64,000 nt of DNA from Candidatus Puniceispirillum sp. (GTDB lineage: Bacteria > Pseudomonadota > Alphaproteobacteria > Puniceispirillales > Puniceispirillaceae): assembly GCA_049620845.1 (NCBI GenBank), contig JBMZPN010000001.1:16664-80663 (forward strand), written 5' to 3'. Of this stretch, positions 60,916 through 64,000 are shown one piece after another. Each line of letters begins with the position of its first letter. Position 1 is the stretch's first letter. Under the pieces are notes generated by a model, which was not told where the DNA came from, did no database searches, and saw only the letters and a list, made by a program, of their open reading frames with translations. A program made the position numbers and the translations under genes.

Positions 60916-63086
60916 TGTCTGATTTTCCTGATTTCACCCAGATAAGCCTAGCTGATGCCGCGTCATTACATGGTGCCGCATCTGCCTATCGCGGCCAGTA
61001 TAATACAGCTGAGGCTATTGATATTCAATCGATGGCCATGCCGCAGGATGCACCAATGGCTGATATCGCCGGACAACAGCCGGGCATTGCGCCATTTATG
61101 CGTGGTGTCTATCCAACCATGTATGCGATCCGGCCCTGGACCATTCGCCAATATGCCGGCTTTTCTACCGCCGAAGAGTCGAACGCATTTTATCGGCGTA
61201 ATCTGGCGGCTGGCCAGATGGGGCTTTCGGTCGCGTTCGATTTGCCAACGCATCGCGGATATGATTCGGATAATCCGCTTGTTGCCGATGATGTGGGCAT
61301 GGCCGGTGTTGCGATAGACTCGATACTGGATATGAATGTGCTATTCCGTGATATCCCGCTTGACCGGATGAGCGTGTCGATGACGATGAATGGGGCTGTT
61401 CTGCCGATTTTGGCGCTATTCGTCGTTGCGGCAGAAGAACAAGGCGTATCGCCCGCCGCACTGGCCGGTACGATTCAGAATGACGTGCTTAAAGAGTTTA
61501 TGGTGCGGAACACCTATATTTATCCGCCCACCCCATCGATGCGGATTATTTCGGATATTTTTGCCTTTTGCGCTGACCAGATGCCGAAATTCAATTTCAT
61601 TTCCGTGTCGGGATACCATATGCAGGAAGCCGGTGCCTCGGCTGATCTGGAACTTGCCTATACGCTGGCAGATGGTCTGGAATATGTGCGCGCAGGGGTT
61701 GCGGCCGGACTTGATGTTGATGCCTTTGTGCCGCGCCTATCCTTTTTCTTTGCCACGGGCATGAATTTTTATATGGAAATCGCAAAATTGCGGGCGGCGC
61801 GGCTGTTATGGGCCGAAATCATGCAGCAGAATTTTGCGCCAAAAGACCCTAAATCCTTGATGCTACGGACACATTGCCAGACTTCGGGCTGGTCGCTGGC
61901 CGCGCAGGATGTGTTTAATAATGTGCCGCGTACCTGTATCGAGGCGGCGGCGGCTGTGGCGGGACAAACCCAGTCTCTGCATACTAACTCGCTTGATGAA
62001 GCGCTTGGCCTGCCAACGGATTATGCGGCGAAGATTGCCCGCAACACGCAGCTACATCTGCAACATGAAGCGAATATGGCGCATGTCATAGACCCGTTTG
62101 GCGGTTCATATCTGATTGAAAGTCTGACCCGCGATCTGGCGGATAAATGCCGCCAGCATCTGGGCGAGATTGAAGCAATGGGCGGGATGGCCAAGGCAAT
62201 AGAAGACGGCTTGCCTAAATTGCGTATCGAGGAAGTGGCAACGATCACGCAGGCCAAGATCGACGCGGGCACGCAAACAATCGTTGGCGTAAATAAATAT
62301 CAGTCGGTCGATAATAATGCCGCCTCAGACGCAACTGATGAAGAGGTGCAGGTGCGCCGTATTGATAATGCAGACGTGCGTGCCCAGCAAATTGCCCAGC
62401 TTAAAAAGCTGAAGGGGGCGCGTGACGAGCCAAAGGCCATGGCGGCTTTGGCCGCGCTGGAAAAGGCCGCATCCGGATCGGATAATCTGATGCCCTTTGC
62501 CATTGAAGCGGCGCGCTGTCGTGCGACGGTAGGTGAAATATCATCGGCATTAGCGAATGAATTTGGTCGTCATAAAGCTGAAATCAAAGCGGTGAAAGGT
62601 GTTTGGCGGCAACAGATGAAAGGCGCTGAGGATCTGACAATCCTGACCGAACGCGTCGATGCTTTTATCGCGGCAACCGGACGCAAGCCGCGTATTCTGG
62701 TCGCCAAGCTGGGTCAGGATGGGCATGATCGCGGACAGAAGGTTATTGCATCGGCCTTTTCCGATATCGGGTTTGATGTCACGATCGGGCCATTGTTTCA
62801 AAGTCCGGATGAAGTCTATGAGATGGCTATTGAGATGGATGTCGATGCGGTTGGCATTTCGACATTGGCGGCAAGTCATCTAAGCCAGGTGCCAGCTTTG
62901 CGACAGCGCCTTGATCGCGGTGAGGGACAGCATATCGAGCTTGTGGTTGGTGGGGTGATCCCGCCAGGTGATATTCCGGCTTTGCGTGAGGCTGGCGCGG
63001 CGGCGGTGTTTCTGCCAGGCACGAAATCTGCCGATGCGGCATCACGACTACTTGATCTGCTGGCACGGCGTCGCAATATCAGCTAG
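60915..63086 (+). CDS. scpA: Methylmalonyl-CoA mutase, catalytic B12-binding subunit
   Basis: [48 protein letters not shown]. Confidence 0.95.
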   Translation: MSDFPDFTQISLADAASLHGAASAYRGQYNTAEAIDIQSMAMPQDAPMADIAGQQPGIAPFMRGVYPTMYAIRPWTIRQYAGFSTAEESNAFYRRNLAAGQMGLSVAFDLPTHRGYDSDNPLVADDVGMAGVAIDSILDMNVLFRDIPLDRMSVSMTMNGAVLPILALFVVAAEEQGVSPAALAGTIQNDVLKEFMVRNTYIYPPTPSMRIISDIFAFCADQMPKFNFISVSGYHMQEAGASADLELAYTLADGLEYVRAGVAAGLDVDAFVPRLSFFFATGMNFYMEIAKLRAARLLWAEIMQQNFAPKDPKSLMLRTHCQTSGWSLAAQDVFNNVPRTCIEAAAAVAGQTQSLHTNSLDEALGLPTDYAAKIARNTQLHLQHEANMAHVIDPFGGSYLIESLTRDLADKCRQHLGEIEAMGGMAKAIEDGLPKLRIEEVATITQAKIDAGTQTIVGVNKYQSVDNNAASDATDEEVQVRRIDNADVRAQQIAQLKKLKGARDEPKAMAALAALEKAASGSDNLMPFAIEAARCRATVGEISSALANEFGRHKAEIKAVKGVWRQQMKGAEDLTILTERVDAFIAATGRKPRILVAKLGQDGHDRGQKVIASAFSDIGFDVTIGPLFQSPDEVYEMAIEMDVDAVGISTLAASHLSQVPALRQRLDRGEGQHIELVVGGVIPPGDIPALREAGAAAVFLPGTKSADAASRLLDLLARRRNIS

Positions 63087-63111
63087 ATAATAGCGAACTT
63101 TAGGCAAATGG

Positions 63112-63534
63112 ATGAGTGTTATGTCGGTCAATACAGCCCAAGAAGAAGCGCAAGCCATCATCGAGGAATTTTCATTTTTTGATGATTGGGAGGATCGCTA
63201 TCAATTATTGATCGATCAGGGGCGTAAACTGGCAGAATTTCCAGCGCATTATCGTGATGACGATCATCGGCTACGTGGCTGTCAGTCAGTGGTTTATTTT
63301 GCCAGCGAACAGCAGGCAGATGGCAAGATTGTCTTTCTGGCAGAATCCGACGCGGCGATTGTGCAAGGGCTGGTGGCACTGTTGCTCCGCGTTTATTCCG
63401 GGCGCAATGCAGATGAAATTCGTGAAACAGACGCCGATTTTCTGAGCGCGATAGGGCTTGATTCACATCTATCGGCGACCCGCAAAAATGGCCTTGCCAG
63501 CATGTTGGGGGCGATTAAGGCCGCTGCCGCCTGA
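63112..63534 (+). CDS. sufE: SufE family Fe-S assembly sulfur acceptor
   Basis: DDWEDRYQ, GCQS, SDAAIVQGL, LSATRKNGL. Confidence 0.93.
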   Translation: MSVMSVNTAQEEAQAIIEEFSFFDDWEDRYQLLIDQGRKLAEFPAHYRDDDHRLRGCQSVVYFASEQQADGKIVFLAESDAAIVQGLVALLLRVYSGRNADEIRETDADFLSAIGLDSHLSATRKNGLASMLGAIKAAAA

Positions 63535-63568
63535 TCTGCATTTCATAAGAGACTGCGTTGCATGAGGC

Positions 63569-64000
63569 CTAATTAGGGGCGCGTTCGGCGCGCGGTGTCC
63601 GGCCATAGCATTCGCGGTAGCATTTGGAAAAATGCGACGCCGAAACAAACCCGCAGGCAAGCGCGACAGACAGAATCGACATTGATGTCTGTCGCAAAAG
63701 ATGCCGCGCCCGCGCCAGCCGTAAATTCAGATAATAACGCGTTGGCGTGGTGTTGAGATATTTTCTGAACAAGCGTTCGAGCTGGCGCGTTGACAGATTT
63801 GTCATACGGGCAATCGATGTTTGTGCCAGCGGTTCTTCGAGATTGTCTTCCATGGTTTTGACAACGGCCAGTAATTTTGGATGGCTGACACCGATGCGTG
63901 AACGCAATTCCATACGCTGGCGGTCGGTTGGTTCGCGGATGCGATCATGAATGAACTGATCCGACACTTCGGCGGCAAGCTGTGCACCATGCGTTTGCGT
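63569..64000 (-). CDS. GlxA-family AraC transcriptional regulator, C-terminal part (5' end outside the window)
   Basis: MEDNLEEPL, STRQLERLF, RARHLLRQT, ACGFVSASHFSKCYR. Confidence 0.9.
   Translation of the reverse strand, partial: TQTHGAQLAAEVSDQFIHDRIREPTDRQRMELRSRIGVSHPKLLAVVKTMEDNLEEPLAQTSIARMTNLSTRQLERLFRKYLNTTPTRYYLNLRLARARHLLRQTSMSILSVALACGFVSASHFSKCYRECYGRTPRAERAPN

Overview
This is a gene-dense chromosomal segment of a marine heterotrophic alphaproteobacterium. The gene content (dddP-acuI, TauABC-type and ProVWX transporters, ialB-rlmN, DUF1244-DUF2312) is consistent with the SAR116/Puniceispirillum lineage, which is an inference. I found about 55 CDSs and recognised no rRNA, tRNA, CRISPR or mobile element. 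The left half is rich in organosulfur and osmolyte genes: FAH-TauE-PLP enzyme, a branched-chain-type ABC importer, secreted rhodanese-YeeE, a BisC-like Mo enzyme, taurine-type and betaine-type ABC importers, and AcuI-DddP. The right half is mostly housekeeping (hpt, gabD, sodB, argG, rlmN, fbp, fba, trxB, pyrF, mutAB, sufE). The most notable observations are: (1) an orphan, highly divergent ribosome-recycling-factor (RRF)-fold protein that has lost the conserved arginine motifs and has a perfect palindrome over its start codon; (2) an ABC ATPase with a histone-H1-like Lys/Ala tail; (3) an unannotated 57-aa membrane peptide ending in CxxCxxxC in the rhodanese-YeeE operon; (4) a TauC-type permease with an extra ~400-aa N-terminal region; (5) three single-base frameshifts in homopolymers. 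All calls come from reading motifs by eye; no database searches were run.
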